The notes under the pieces: generated by a model
What the model saw: the letters and a program-made list of their open reading frames with translations, nothing else
The model's database searches: none
What the model was told of the DNA's origin: nothing
Shown here: positions 41,247-54,000 of the stretch, one piece after another
How positions within the stretch are numbered: position 1 is the stretch's first letter
Layout of the letters: each line of letters starts with the position of its first letter
Translations under genes and position numbers: made by a program
Source of the DNA: Octopus vulgaris
Lineage: Eukaryota
DNA length: 64,000 nt
Direction: 5' to 3'
NCBI GenBank assembly: GCA_951406725.2
Contig: OX597821.1
Span: forward strand, 92,256,001 to 92,320,000

Positions 41247-41300
41247 ACAGCAGTAATATTAGTGTTACTGGTAGTGGTAGTTTGTTAATAGTAATTCTTG
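40250..41300. repeat. Degenerate (GGT/AGT)n low-complexity region
   Basis: Direct reading. Confidence 0.85.
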
Positions 41301-41894
41301 ATGTTGTGGTGCAGTTGTCATAGCAATTGTTAGTACAAATGTTGTTATTTATTTTCTTATATATATATATTTCTTTTTTCTCTCATTTTATATCCAGAGT
41401 AGTATCGGTGTTGGGCGGTTAGGGTTTTAGTCTCGCTTGTGTTACAGGGCTAGAGCTGCAGGAAGGCGGGGGGGGGGGGGGGGGGGGCGGATTAGTAGCA
41501 TTAGATGGCCCGATGCTAATGATGTATAGATGGACTGGAACCAGCAGAGGAAGGAGGCAGCCGTGGAAATGGAGTCAATGCAGATAGTATCAGTGGTCGC
41601 CTTTGTCTTGTGGGGTTGTTTTTTTTTTTTCATTTTTTTTTATCATTTTTATTCCGGTAGGCGGAGGTGTGGTGAATGGGAGGTGGTGTAGTGTTGCTGC
41701 TGCTGCTGCTGCTGGCGGTGCCAAATGGTGATGGCTGCACAATTGGTAATAGTGATTACAGAAGAAGTATTAGCAGTTTTGATGCAACACTGCAAGATCA
41801 AAGACTCAAAGTAAAAAGTCCTTCGATTCATGTCATGAGTTCAATGCATAAATAATTACTGTATTTTTCTATTGCCATTGTTGTTGGTGTTTTT

Positions 41895-41897
41895 GTT

Positions 41898-41929
<32 letters not shown>

Positions 41930-42051
41930 TATCGTCATCGTCATCAATACGATCATCGTCATTATTATTATTATTGTTGTTGTTATTATTATTATTATTA
42001 TTATTATCATTACTATTATTATTATTATTATCATTTTTATTATTATTATTA

Positions 42052-42086
<35 letters not shown>

Positions 42087-42120
42087 GTTATTATTATTAT
42101 TATTATTATTATTGTTATTA

Positions 42121-42165
<45 letters not shown>

Positions 42166-42315
42166 CTATTATTATTATTATCATCATTATTATTATTATT
42201 ATTACTATTATTATTATTATTATTATTATTACTATTATTATCATCATCATTATTATTACTATTATTATTATTATTATTATCATTATTATTATCATTATTA
42301 TTATTATTGTTATTA
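41895..42315. repeat. (ATC)/(TTA)n microsatellite
   Basis: Direct reading. Confidence 0.95.
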
Positions 42316-42570
42316 CATTGATCATGCACTTTCAATGCAACCGAGTGAAGCCAGTTGCAGTCGCTGTTTTATTGAAGAAAAATGTTTAGATGTATGCAAA
42401 GAGCTGTTGGAATTATTGATCGAAATCTTTGGAAGTGATGTGTAGAATATGATTCATTGCCTGAAAGTTAAGAGTAAGCACCATATCATCTATATATCAA
42501 ATTTGGTTACACATTGAGCAATACATATATGTTCATACATATCCCTATATGTATGTAATATATATATATG

Positions 42571-42610
<40 letters not shown>

Positions 42611-42750
42611 TATATATAAATATATATATATATACACACACACACACATAAATATATTCATATTTTTATATATATATATATGTATACATATGGTATATAC
42701 ATATATTTATATACATTTGTGTACACACATATATATGTAATGTGTATATG

Positions 42751-42793
<43 letters not shown>

Positions 42794-42839
42794 TTATACG
42801 TAGGTGTGTGTGCATATGTGTGTGTGTGTAGCACATAAA

Positions 42840-42884
<45 letters not shown>

Positions 42885-44471
42885 ACACACACACACTCGC
42901 GCACATCACGACACTCACATATATGTAGCGAAGGAAATCCTGAAAGTGACAGTGAGTTCCATAAATCTGTTGAATCATTGGGTAACCACTTGATGCAGGA
43001 GAGACCCAGGAGGAATAAGTTAAGGAGAGTTAAGTATATTGGCCATGGGTACCAAACGGCAATGTTTGACGAGATGCAAACCCCCATATTCTGTCATTGC
43101 ATGCATTATCAATGTAATTTACTTCCAAGCCAAATTGCCATTGAAAGAGTTTCTATATGGTGATTCCATCTGCAAGAATTATCCGCTGGATCCGTGTCAA
43201 ATTCCGCCTACCTGCTGAAAAGGAATAAAAGATACATTGCAAGGTAGTCTTGGATAAAATATGTCTCAAAAATAAGATTGGATGGTTATGGATGGAATGC
43301 ATCAGAACATGGGGGGATTAAACGAAGCAACAACAACAACAACATATAGCTTCCTCATATTTTCCATGATGTGAATGTATGAACATTCTCACACATACGT
43401 GTGCTTACACACACATGCACACACACACACACATGTATGTATATATATACATATAGAAGGCATATGGTGCATGATTGTATGGTTGTGAGTTCAAATTCTT
43501 ATTTTTTTATTGTCCACAAGGGGCTAAACATAGAGGGGACAAACAAAGGGATTAAGTCAATTACATCGACACCAGTGCGTAACTGGTACTTAATTTATCG
43601 ACCCCGAAAGGATGAAAGGCAAAGTCGACCTTGGTGGAATTTGAACTCAGAATGCAAAGGCAGACAAAATACCACTAAGCATTTCACTGGCGTGCTAGCG
43701 TTTCTGCCAGCTCGCCACCTTTTTCAACGTGAGTTCAATGTCTGGCTGTGCATTGAACCCTTTATTTCTCATTGCTCCAGTTCACTCAGCTGGCAAAAAT
43801 GAGTCATAGTTGCCTTGTCATATTCTGTTGTGTCTGGGGAGAGACACAAAAAGAAAATGACTCTCCCCAGACACAACAGAAAATAAGTATTACTTTTAAC
43901 AGAATATTCCTTTCTACTATAGGCACAAGGCCTGAAATGTTTAGCAGGGCAGGGGACTTGGAACTGTAAGAATTCTTCACAGAGTTCTTGAAGCATGACC
44001 AGTAACCAAGTGTCACCTTAGTCTGCTGGCTGTGGACAGATGACTGTTTCCATTATACCCACCAAAATAGCTTTGAGTTTTCATATAATAATAATAATAA
44101 TAATAATAATCCTTTCTACTGGAGGCACAAGGCCTCAAATTTGTAGGGAGGGGACTAGTTGATTATATCGACACCCAGTGTTTCACTGGTACTTAATTTA
44201 TCAACCTTGAAAGGATGAAAGGCAAAGTCAATCTTGGTGGAATTTGAACTCAGAATGTAAAGACAGACAAAATACTGCAAAGCATTTCGCCTGGTGTGAT
44301 AACAGTTCTGCCAGCTCACAGCCTTTGCTTTTCACAGAATAATGTGAATACTAAAGAGTTAAGAGTATGTATGTCTGTGGAGTGCTCAGCCACTTGCACA
44401 TTAATTTCATGTGCAGGCTATTCCATTGAACACTCACCATCATAAGTGATAGAATGCCAGTTTTTATATAC

Positions 44472-44567
44472 GGATCAATGAGATTCCCACTATCCCTATC
44501 AACTATGTAGCGAAACTACAGCCAAGGGAACGGGCTTAGACGGATTGGCGGGGAAATAAAATCTGTT
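44472..44567 (+). pseudogene. Diverged 28S (LSU) rRNA fragment
   Basis: GAGATTCCCACTATCCCTATCAACTATGTAGCGAAACTACAGCCAAGGGAACGGGCTT...GCGGGGAAA matches the conserved eukaryotic LSU core. Confidence 0.85.
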
Positions 44568-45380
44568 TTCCATGCTGGCATGGGTTGGACGGTTTGACTG
44601 GGGACTGGCAAGCCAGGAAGCCGCACCAGGCTTCAATCTGATCTGCCAATGTTTCTACAACTGGATACCCTTCCTAAAAGCAACCAGTCTGAGAGTGTAG
44701 TGGGTTGGTGTTAGCATACTAGATAGCTCTAGTTTTGCTAGAAACAGGTGTCAAAATCGACTCAATTAGCCACAAGCATTTAAAGTTAGTTAGCATGCTG
44801 ATGAAATAAGGAAAGCAAAAAGAATAAAATAGCCAACATGCTTTGTTAATTTTCAGTATCATAGCTAATTAAGTCAATATTGGTGTTATTGGTAGTAGTA
44901 GTAGTTGTTAATAGTGATTCTTGATGTTGTGGTGCAGTTTGCCTTTTGGCTTTTTGCTAAATAGCCACCTATATATCATTATTATTATTAATAATTATAA
45001 TAAAAGGTGGCAAGCTAGCAGAATCATTAGTGCACTGGCCAAAATGCTTAGTTGTATTTCGCCCGTCACTACATTCTGAGTTCAAATCCTACACTCAGAA
45101 TATAAAATTGTTAAACAAAAGTTGTTAACGAATATTCTTTTTTACTTTAGTCACAAGGCCGAAAATTTTGGGGGAGGGGACCAGTCAATTGGATCAACCC
45201 CAGTATGCAACTGGTACTTAATTTATCGACTCCCAAAAGGATGAAAGGCAAAGTCGACCTCGGCAGAATTTGAACTCAGAACGTAGCAGCAGACGAAATA
45301 CTGCTAAGCATTTCGCCCCAAGTGCTAACGTTTCTGCCAGCTCGCTGCCTTTTGTTAATGAATATTAAATTGTTGACATA

Positions 45381-45534
45381 TGTGGCTGTGTGGTAAGAAG
45401 CCTGCTTCTGAACCACATGGTTCCAGGTTCAGTTCCACTACAAGACACCTTGGACAAGTCTCTTCTACTTTGGTCTCAGGCTGACCAAAGCCTTGTAAGT
45501 GGATTTGGTAGATGGAAACTGAAAGAAGCCTGTC

Positions 45535-45585
<51 letters not shown>

Positions 45586-45822
45586 TATATGTATGTATGT
45601 ATTTGTGTGTCTGTGCTTGCCCCCCACCCCACCCCATCATCACTTGACAACCAAAGATTGGTGTGTTTATGTACCCATAACATAGCAGTTCAGCAAAAGA
45701 GATCTATAGAATAAGTACTAGGCTTGCAAAGAATAAATTGATTTGTTCAACTGAAGGCAGTGCTCCAGTATGGTTGTAGTTAAGTGACTGAAACAAGTAA
45801 CAGAATAAAAGAATGAAAGAAT
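45381..45822 (+). mobile_element. SINE family A, diverged
   Basis: Similarity to other copies. Confidence 0.8.
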
Positions 45823-46039
45823 AGATCTTACTACAAAACATTCTCCACTACAAAATGATATGACTAACAGTGATACATGTGAACTTGAAATAACATGGAA
45901 GAATTGAATTAATCATATATGCAGTGAAAACTTTTGGAGCTATTTATATACTTAATAAATATATAAGGTAATAAATGCATTTTACTTTTAATTTCAACTT
46001 CGATATTTCTGAGACAAGTGAATACAGAAGCTGTAATAA

Positions 46040-47770
46040 TCGATTTAGTAATTAATGCCACGACTGTTACATGGGTAGAGATGGGATATCTTGGAGAGAT
46101 GCAATTATAGGAGTATCAAATTAATGGACTATCTCATGAAAGTCACAGGAAAAACTGTAGCTCAATTGATTAGGGAGAAAGTTAACCTAGACGAGTATCA
46201 GTTTTGCTTTGTAGTATGAAGTACTACTGTTGCTATCTTCCTAGTGAGACAACTGAAGAAGTACCTGGTTTCTTGTAAGCCACGGTACTTAGGAACAGTG
46301 TGTGTCAATTTGGAAAAAGCCTGCAACAGAGTTCCTTGCTTGATGATTTTCTGGTTGCTTAAGAAGCTTGGAGTAGATGATATGTCTTGTAAAAGTTATA
46401 AAGTCCATGTGCAGAGGTGATTTCTGCAAGGTGAAAGTTAGCAGTGAATAAAGGGATGAATATAGGGTACAAGTATGGATTCATCAGGGCTCAGTACTCA
46501 GTAATTTATTTATCAGAGTCCTTTTGGTCATAACAAGGAAGTTTGAAACTGGATTCCCAATAGAACTATTATATATTAATGACTTTGTTCTTATAGCTGA
46601 ACCTGTTGTCAGAAAAGCTTTCTGGCTTGGAAGCAGAACCTGGAATCAAAATACATCAAGCTTAACTTACTAAAGACTAAGGTATTAGTTAGAAGGAAAA
46701 CAGACAGGACCCGGGTAATAACTGGGCCCTGTCTGCTTTCCTACTGATTAATACTTTAGTTTTTGCTGAATATATAGAAATGGAGTACATAGAAATTTGA
46801 TACAGTGTTCCCAATGTAAACTGAACTCACAAATGATGTGGCCGGATCATAGGCAGGTCAACATAGAAAACAGACTTTATATATGGCATATGCCCTGAAT
46901 CAGTAAACTTCAAGAGCACAGGAAACAGATGCCATTGAATGCTGAGTTGGATCCCAGAGATAGCAGATAGCTTCTGTTATGTGAATAATCTAATCTGCAA
47001 TGGGGAGGATGTTCTCAAAGTACAGTAGCTAGAGGGTTGCAAAGTTTGCCAAAAAAGTCACAACATATTTAGTATTATTAAAGTTATTGAAGATTCAATC
47101 TGTGTTATGTATTTCTTGAACGTGAACTTGAATGTTAACAAAATGTTAAACAGTCATCAGTTATCAGTAATTTCACCTGAAAACTTAGCGCTATAAAGTC
47201 GGACTATCTTCCTGCGGCATGACATCTTTTACAGTTACACATTGTGACGTCACTGACGTGAAATCAAGCTGTATTCATGCGTGCTTCAACACGATGTGAA
47301 GAATTTAGTTATTGGGTTAATAAAATATGGTCGTAACAAAAGATTTCTCTCTCAGAATGGAAGGTAGATTGTATAATGTTTGTTTATGAACTGCCATGCT
47401 ACATAGTTGAGAGACATGGGCTCTGAATGTGGAGGCTAGAGAAAATTGATGTAAGCATACTCCAGTGGATGTACGATCTCAGGATGCATAATCGGTGAAG
47501 TACAAATGACTTGAGAGGAAAACTGAGTATAAGAGGAACGGAATATCATACACATGTGAGAAGACAACATAGGTTTGGTTACATAATGTCTTTAGATGGG
47601 GACAGTTTTATAAAGGAGTGCTGGGCATTCACTGCAGAGAGAACCTATGAAAGGGGAAGCCTTAGAAGATGTGAGATGAGATACTAAAAGAATATACAAT
47701 GATACTGAAACAGAAGAGATGACGAAGATCCAAGATTATTGATGATGTACGGTACTCAAGAAGATTTGCT
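46040..47770 (+). mobile_element. Heavily decayed RTE-clade LINE (RT region to 3' end)
   Basis: Frameshifted remnants: LEKA.NRVP (~46310), HQGSVLS (~46481), ELLY.ND.V (~46563), KTK (~46673), ETWAL (~47411); unrelated insert at ~47035-47340. Confidence 0.7.
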
Positions 47771-48474
47771 AGCCATGCTAGCTCTCAAAGCATAATGCAC
47801 ACAATTTAATTCCTTTCCCCCCTCCCACAGACAACTGAGTCCTTCACCCAATCCATTTCCTATTGACACTTGTTCTTCATTGTTATCATCAATAATCTAT
47901 TTCCTTTGTTGGTGTCCATCTCTTATTCTCCTGATCACTTCCAACCTCAAATATCACTCCTTCAACACCCTGTCACTATTCATCCATCCCTCTCTTATCT
48001 ATTGCATTATCCTGTTGCTGTAAGAAGTCAAAGCAGTGCCTTCTACTATATACAATACCATCTCTGCGCTCTTAGACACCACTCCTTCTCCTCTTTACCA
48101 TTCCCAATCAACATCCATCTTTCATTCTTTTTGTACACCTCTGATATTTACCTCTTTCCACCACCATCACCTTCTGTTCACTCTTCACTACTTTCATACA
48201 CATCTGACTTCTTCGATTCCCTATTTATTTCCATTTCACTATCTTCCCACATTCTTACAACCTTAGCCTCACCTCACTCTAATTCTTCTGAATTCACACT
48301 CTCTTCTAAACATTGCTTGGACCTATTTCTACAAAGGTATATTCTGGCATCTTGTCATCACCATATTTACTTCTGCTTGAGACTCATTCCAGCTCCCTTA
48401 TCCACCCATTTGAAATACAAAGTAGCCATAAATCTCTTCTCACAACCAGTAAACGTATTTCTGATTCTCCCAAT

Positions 48475-49240
48475 ATAATAATAATAATAATAATAATAAT
48501 TGTGTACAGTGCTCAGGTGCACTACAACTCATCTAAAGTGTATATATAATCAGGTGTAGTTTCGGCGGATTTCGGAAAGCATGAGGGCCTTAAAAGATGC
48601 AGTGTCATGGCAGTCAACAACTGACGCAGGCAGTTTATTCCATGCTTCAGCAACTCTGAGCGTGAAAAAATGTTTCCGAAAGTCATGGGAGCTGTATTGT
48701 TTTCTGACTTTGTAGGCATGTCCACGTGTGTTAGACACATGGAGATCAAAAAGGTGTTCAGTGTTGTTGTTGGTGAGGTGGTTGATAACTTTGTGGGTGT
48801 TTACCAAGTCCGTCGCCAAACGCCGGAGCTTCAGTGAATCCATGCCCAGGGAAACAAGGCGCTCAGAATATGGTAGGTGTCTGATGGAGGGTATGCGTTT
48901 GGTTGCACGTCTCTGGACAGATTCCAGGAGGTCAATGTTCTGTGCAAGATAGGGGTTCCAAACTGATGATGCGAATTCCAAGTGTGGTCGTACCATAGCT
49001 GTATACAGTTTTAAATAGATGGCTGGAGAGCGGCTAACAAAAGACCTGCTGAGTGATGCCAAGACACCCTCGGCCTTCCTGACAATCTTAGAGATATGCT
49101 TTGACCAACGCAAATCACTGCTGACAGTGATGCCTAGGTCACGCTCGCAAGAGGATTTCTTGATATCAGTGTTGTGGAGGGAGTATGTGAACGCAGGGTT
49201 TTTTCTCCCAAAATGCATGGTGGTACACTTGTCCACAGCC
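48475..49240 (-). mobile_element. 5'-truncated CR1/L2-group LINE, RT C-terminal ORF (48550-49236) with (TTA)n tail
   Basis: ERDLGITV, LYTAMVRPHLEFASSVWNP, LESVQRRATK and TRGH motifs; uninterrupted 228-codon frame. Confidence 0.9.
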
Positions 49241-51343
49241 TTTCAACACTTTGCCTGAAGTGACAACCCTATCTCCTATGCTCCCTCTCAGTAAAAGGGG
49301 TTCTTCAGTCTTGTAAGTATCAAAGCAACCCTATTAGGTCATGTGCCACAAAAAATGTACCCAATGCACTGAACTGTGTTGGGTGTTTTCTTCTGGTGTT
49401 AGAAAGGGCTGGAGAGATCAAACTAGAATTGTGACTTTGAAGCCCTCTAATTCTTATCAAAACATCTAACCCTTGCTAGAATGAGACATGAATACGAAAT
49501 GATGTTCATGAGTTCTGGGCTGTGATTAATTCAGTGTCTGGTTAATTCAGATTGGTAAGTCTCATAAGTCAGCTAACTCTGGGAAATTTTTTAGTACCAT
49601 TATTGTAATTAGCATAATCAGTAAATAATTTTCATACATAAAATCTATGTCCTCGTATGTCGTTGTAATTTATGGTAGTTATATGTTAATCTATGCTTCA
49701 TGTTGAGGATTTAAAAAGATCAAAACCTGTCTGGAGTTGACATCAAAGATCAGATTCACTCTTCACTAAATAACTTGATTAATTTTTAATCAACATTAAT
49801 CAGGAGTTCTTTCCCTTGCCTTACTTGACAACAACTTTCATTAATGCTGATGACGTTTTTTTTATTATTTTGGGCAAAACTGCAATTGATTGAAAATTCT
49901 TTTGAGATTACTAGATTAAGAAGGTTAGCTTGCACTTGACATCACTGAAATGCAATTGCGTAGCATAACTGAGGAACATTAAAATAATCCTTTATTCCAG
50001 TGTCACCTTTTAAATTAGTCATAGAAATAATAAAGATAGAAGTTGATATATAAATTTCGCTATAAGTTACAAGTTCAGTATTGTTGAAATAGATCAATAT
50101 CATAATAATTAATAGTACATTTAGTATCATTATTAATGAAGTTTTAATCACTTCTTAGAAAGATTAAAGTTGGTTGGTAGACTTAAATTTTGGATGGTAA
50201 ACTATCATTTTTGGGTAATATGCCAAACTTTGGGTAGTGTCCTTACTTTTAAGAGAGTAAATGTAATATTTTGGTAAAAGATTTAAAATACTTATTTAAA
50301 TTTTGAGAACTTTATGCAGGTTTCATTCTTTTGCAAATTTATAGACCAGAGTTCTTTGTCTTCCTTTCACCTGACAAGCTTCTCAAAATGGAAGGATATA
50401 TATATATGTGTGTGCATGTCTGTGTATGATTCTCTGTGTGTTTGTGTGTGCATGTGTGTGTGTATGACTATATGTATACATACATGAACACACATATATA
50501 CTTACACAAAAAGATATAGATAGATAGATAGATGGATACATACATATATATACACACTAACACAACACACACACCTATGACATCATCAACATCATCGTCA
50601 TCGTCATCACTTCACATCTATTTTCCAATGAATGTATGTATGTATGTAAGTAGATAGGTAGGTTGGTAGGTAGGTAGGTAAGTAGGTAGGCCTGCATGCA
50701 TGTATGTATGTGTGTGTGTGTGTGTGTGTGTGTGAATGTGAGAGAATGTGTGGTGTATGTCTTTGTGTGTACATGTGTGTATATGAGTATGAGTGAATGT
50801 GTGTGTGTTTGTGTGTGTGTGTGTCTGTGTGTGTCTGTGTGTGTGTGTGTTTGCGTGTGTGTATACATACACATAACATGGATCAATCCCTGAAATTGGA
50901 AATCGAAGAACATCAAAAGATTCTGATCCTTCTATCAAGAAGGCAGTTTGAAAAGATATGACAGATATGGAGCAATGATAGACAATATAAATCACTCTAG
51001 AATGTGACTGCTATTCAAGGTAAGTATCACAACAGAAAATAAGGAAATAATTTAAGAGAACAGAAACATATCGTGTTGCGTATGCAATCAGTAAGACTTG
51101 TATAGAAGATCTTACTGTAATATCTCTGATTTAAGGCTGCAATAATAATTAGTATTGAATATCTGATCAATAAGTCATGTGTTGATATTTTTTTTTTTTT
51201 TTTACTTCTTACTCAGGGAGAGAAACATGGTTCCCATGACCCAATGTTTGTTTCAGGCTGAAAGCCATGGGAGGAGAGGTTTGAAATTATCATCAAACCA
51301 GAGAGCTAGCCTAAATGTTGATAATGGAGTGAAGTTTGCTTAA

Positions 51344-51547
51344 CCCATTCGTTACTGTATTTATTTTGAAATGCTCTGTGTTTCTTTCAATTACTTTAAA
51401 TATTACAAAGAAATTAGTAAAATAATTTGGTTATCATTCAGCTAGTGTTAGGAACATAAATTGTGACTGAGGTTTGGTGGAAATATAAATTCAAAACTTA
51501 TGAAAACAAGACATTTTCATGTTTCAGCCAGGTTGGTAATGAAAGGG
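51344..51547. mobile_element. piggyBac-type MITE, inverted relative of 5291-5511
   Basis: TTAA|CCCATTCGTTAC...GTAATGAAAGGG|TTAA; interior is the reverse complement of the 5.3-kb copy. Confidence 0.8.
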
Positions 51548-51950
51548 TTAATGCAGTCAAAGACTATGTGGAAGTATTAAACTGAGTAATGGATTATGTT
51601 TGTGATTGAAAAACTTTGAGAATATATACATCCTCATCATCGTCATCATCATCATGATTTAATGTCTGCCTTCCATGCTGGCATGGGTTGGACGTTTTGA
51701 CAGGAGCTGGCCAGACAGAAGCCTGCACCATGCTTCTGTGAGTGTTTTAGTAAGTTTTTTTTTTTACAGCTGGATGCCCTTCCTAGTACCAACCACCCTG
51801 CAAATGGGTTGAGTGCTTTTTGCATGGCATCAACACAGGCAGGGTCGCCAAGTAACTTGCAAGAAAAGGAATCTTTGAGAGGAATGGGGTCATCGGAGCA
51901 GGTGATCTTCTGTCAGATGATGAAAGGTTACCGTGTGACAGAAAGACAAA

Positions 51951-52355
51951 GGCAGTGAGCTGGCAGAAATGTTAGTACGCCAGGTGAAATGTTTAGTGGT
52001 AATTCGTCTGCCATTACGTTCTGAGTTCAAATTCCACCGAGGTCAACTTTGCCTTTCATCCTTTCCGGGTGGATTAAATAAGTACCAGTTATGCATTGGG
52101 GTCGATGTAATCAACTTAATCCGTTTGTTTGTCCTCTCTGTGTTTAGCCCCTTGTGGTTAGTAAAGAAATAGAAATGGGTATTTCGTCTGCCATTACGTT
52201 CTGAGTTCAAATTCCACCAAGGTCCGCTTTTCCTTTCATCCTTTCAGGATCGATAAATTAAGTACCAGTTACACACTGGGGTTGATGTAATTGACTTGAT
52301 CCCTTTGTCTGTCCTCGTTTGTCCCCTCTGTTTAGCCCATTGTGAGGCAATAAAA
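51951..52355 (+). mobile_element. SINE family B dimer
   Basis: Second unit starts at GTATTTCGTCTGCC. Confidence 0.85.
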
Positions 52356-53115
52356 ATTTTTTTTAAATTAAAAAAAAATAAGAAAGACAGAGGAAAAGAA
52401 ACGGATGTCTTGCTATAGCAGAGGTACAGGCTTACCCAGCCAGAGAGAGAAAGGGGAGAGAGAGGGAGAAAGGGAGAGAAAGAGAGAGAAAGAAAGAGAG
52501 AGAGAGAGAGTTAACGAGGAAGAAGGCAGAAACAGGTGTGCTGTTTAGAGAAGGCACGGGTCAAAACTATGCACTCTTCCCCTCCATTGGTCAGTTGAAT
52601 CTTAGACAGTGTCACATGACAGTTAGCTGGTGCTGGCTGCTGGAGCCTACTGGCGAGTATTTAAAGGAAAATTTGGCAGGATAGTCATTTGTCTGCTGAT
52701 ATTTGTTGATGCTGCCTTGAAGAAACCAAAGAATGAAAAAAAAAAAAAAAGAAGAAAGAAAAAAATGCACTCTACACCAGAGCTGAAGACACCTCCGAAA
52801 GGAGCAGGGCCCCACCATGTCGAAAATGGTAGAGGATTAGGGGCCAAAACCAGACATGGTTCCTCCTGATGATGTTTTTAGCCACTGGATCCTATAAAGG
52901 AGCTGTTGAGGTAGCAAACCATGAAACGTGGTTGGAATTCCTCATTCCATGCTTACCCAGAGAAAGTGAGAAAGAGAGACGGAGTTAACAAAAAACAGGA
53001 CAGAAACAGGTATGTTGTTGTTAGGCATTTTATCCGATGCTCTGACAATTGTTCCACACCAAAGTCCTAGACTGGTGCCTTAAGTTTGTAAAGACAAAAC
53101 ACAAAGCTGATCTTA

Positions 53116-53293
53116 CAGCTCTATAGTTAAGAGATGAGGAATTATGTACATTATTTACACTATTTACAACTGATGGATGTCCTCATCTTGTTTGTTGTTA
53201 ACACAACATTTCAGCTGTTCATCAGGTGTCTCGAGGAAATTTCAAAACTGTGTTCTCATTCCTAAGGTATTTTTCAATTTTGTTGTTATTATT

Positions 53294-53329
<36 letters not shown>

Positions 53330-53481
53330 ATTCAGGTCACTGCCTGGAATCAAACTCGGAATCTTGGTGTTAGTAGCCCGCGCTTTTAACTATGCCATAT
53401 GCTCATGACATAGTGGTTAAGAGCTACTAACCTCAAGATTCCAGTTCAATTCCAGGCAGTGACCTGAATAATAATAATAAT

Positions 53482-53525
<44 letters not shown>

Positions 53526-53711
53526 CAACAACAACAACAGCAACAACAACAACAACAAACAACAACATTGAAAAATACCATAGGAATGAGAACCCAGTTT
53601 TGAAATTTCCCCAAGACACCTGATGAAGGCTGGAGGGTATATCAGCTGAAATGTTGTGTTAACAACAAACAAGATGAGAACAAATATCTGTCAATTGTAA
53701 ATAATGTAAAT
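53116..53711. mobile_element. Head-to-head palindromic element: tRNA-like head + (AAT/AAC)n + hammerhead tail; 13-bp TSD
   Basis: AAAGCTGATCTTA at 53103-53115 and 53712-53724; arms mirror around ~53400; HHR motif at 53615-53660. Confidence 0.8.
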
Positions 53712-54000
53712 AAAGCTGATCTTAATGGGATTTGAACTTAGGGCACAGCTGAAACAAACTATTTTGTTCATGCTTTTAAGGATTGTGCTGATTCTATACT
53801 TATGACTGCAATATGATTTATTTTCTAGCAAGATCTTCCTATCTTTGTAAGATGTTGTGTTGTTGTAGTGCTACCAGCAGGAATGCCCTGGAATGATTCC
53901 ATTTGAAGTGGTTCATTGGTTTCAGTTTGAATTAACTTGAGATTTGAAAATCGTGGATAAAACTTGACCATAAAGACTGTGCTTTGGGAAAATTTGGTAA

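Noticed and set aside
40260-41323. Gly/Ser/Cys- or Val-rich ORFs resembling structural proteins
   Set aside because: Degenerate GGT/AGT microsatellite with frame switches and no splice or ATG support.
47870-48478. 202-aa ORF
   Set aside because: Pyrimidine-rich low-complexity sequence with a non-ATG start and no recognisable domain.
49841-49968. CTGATGA...GAAATGCAATTGCGTA with palindromic stem III
   Set aside because: Stem I is out of register and there is no convincing stem II; too degenerate to call.
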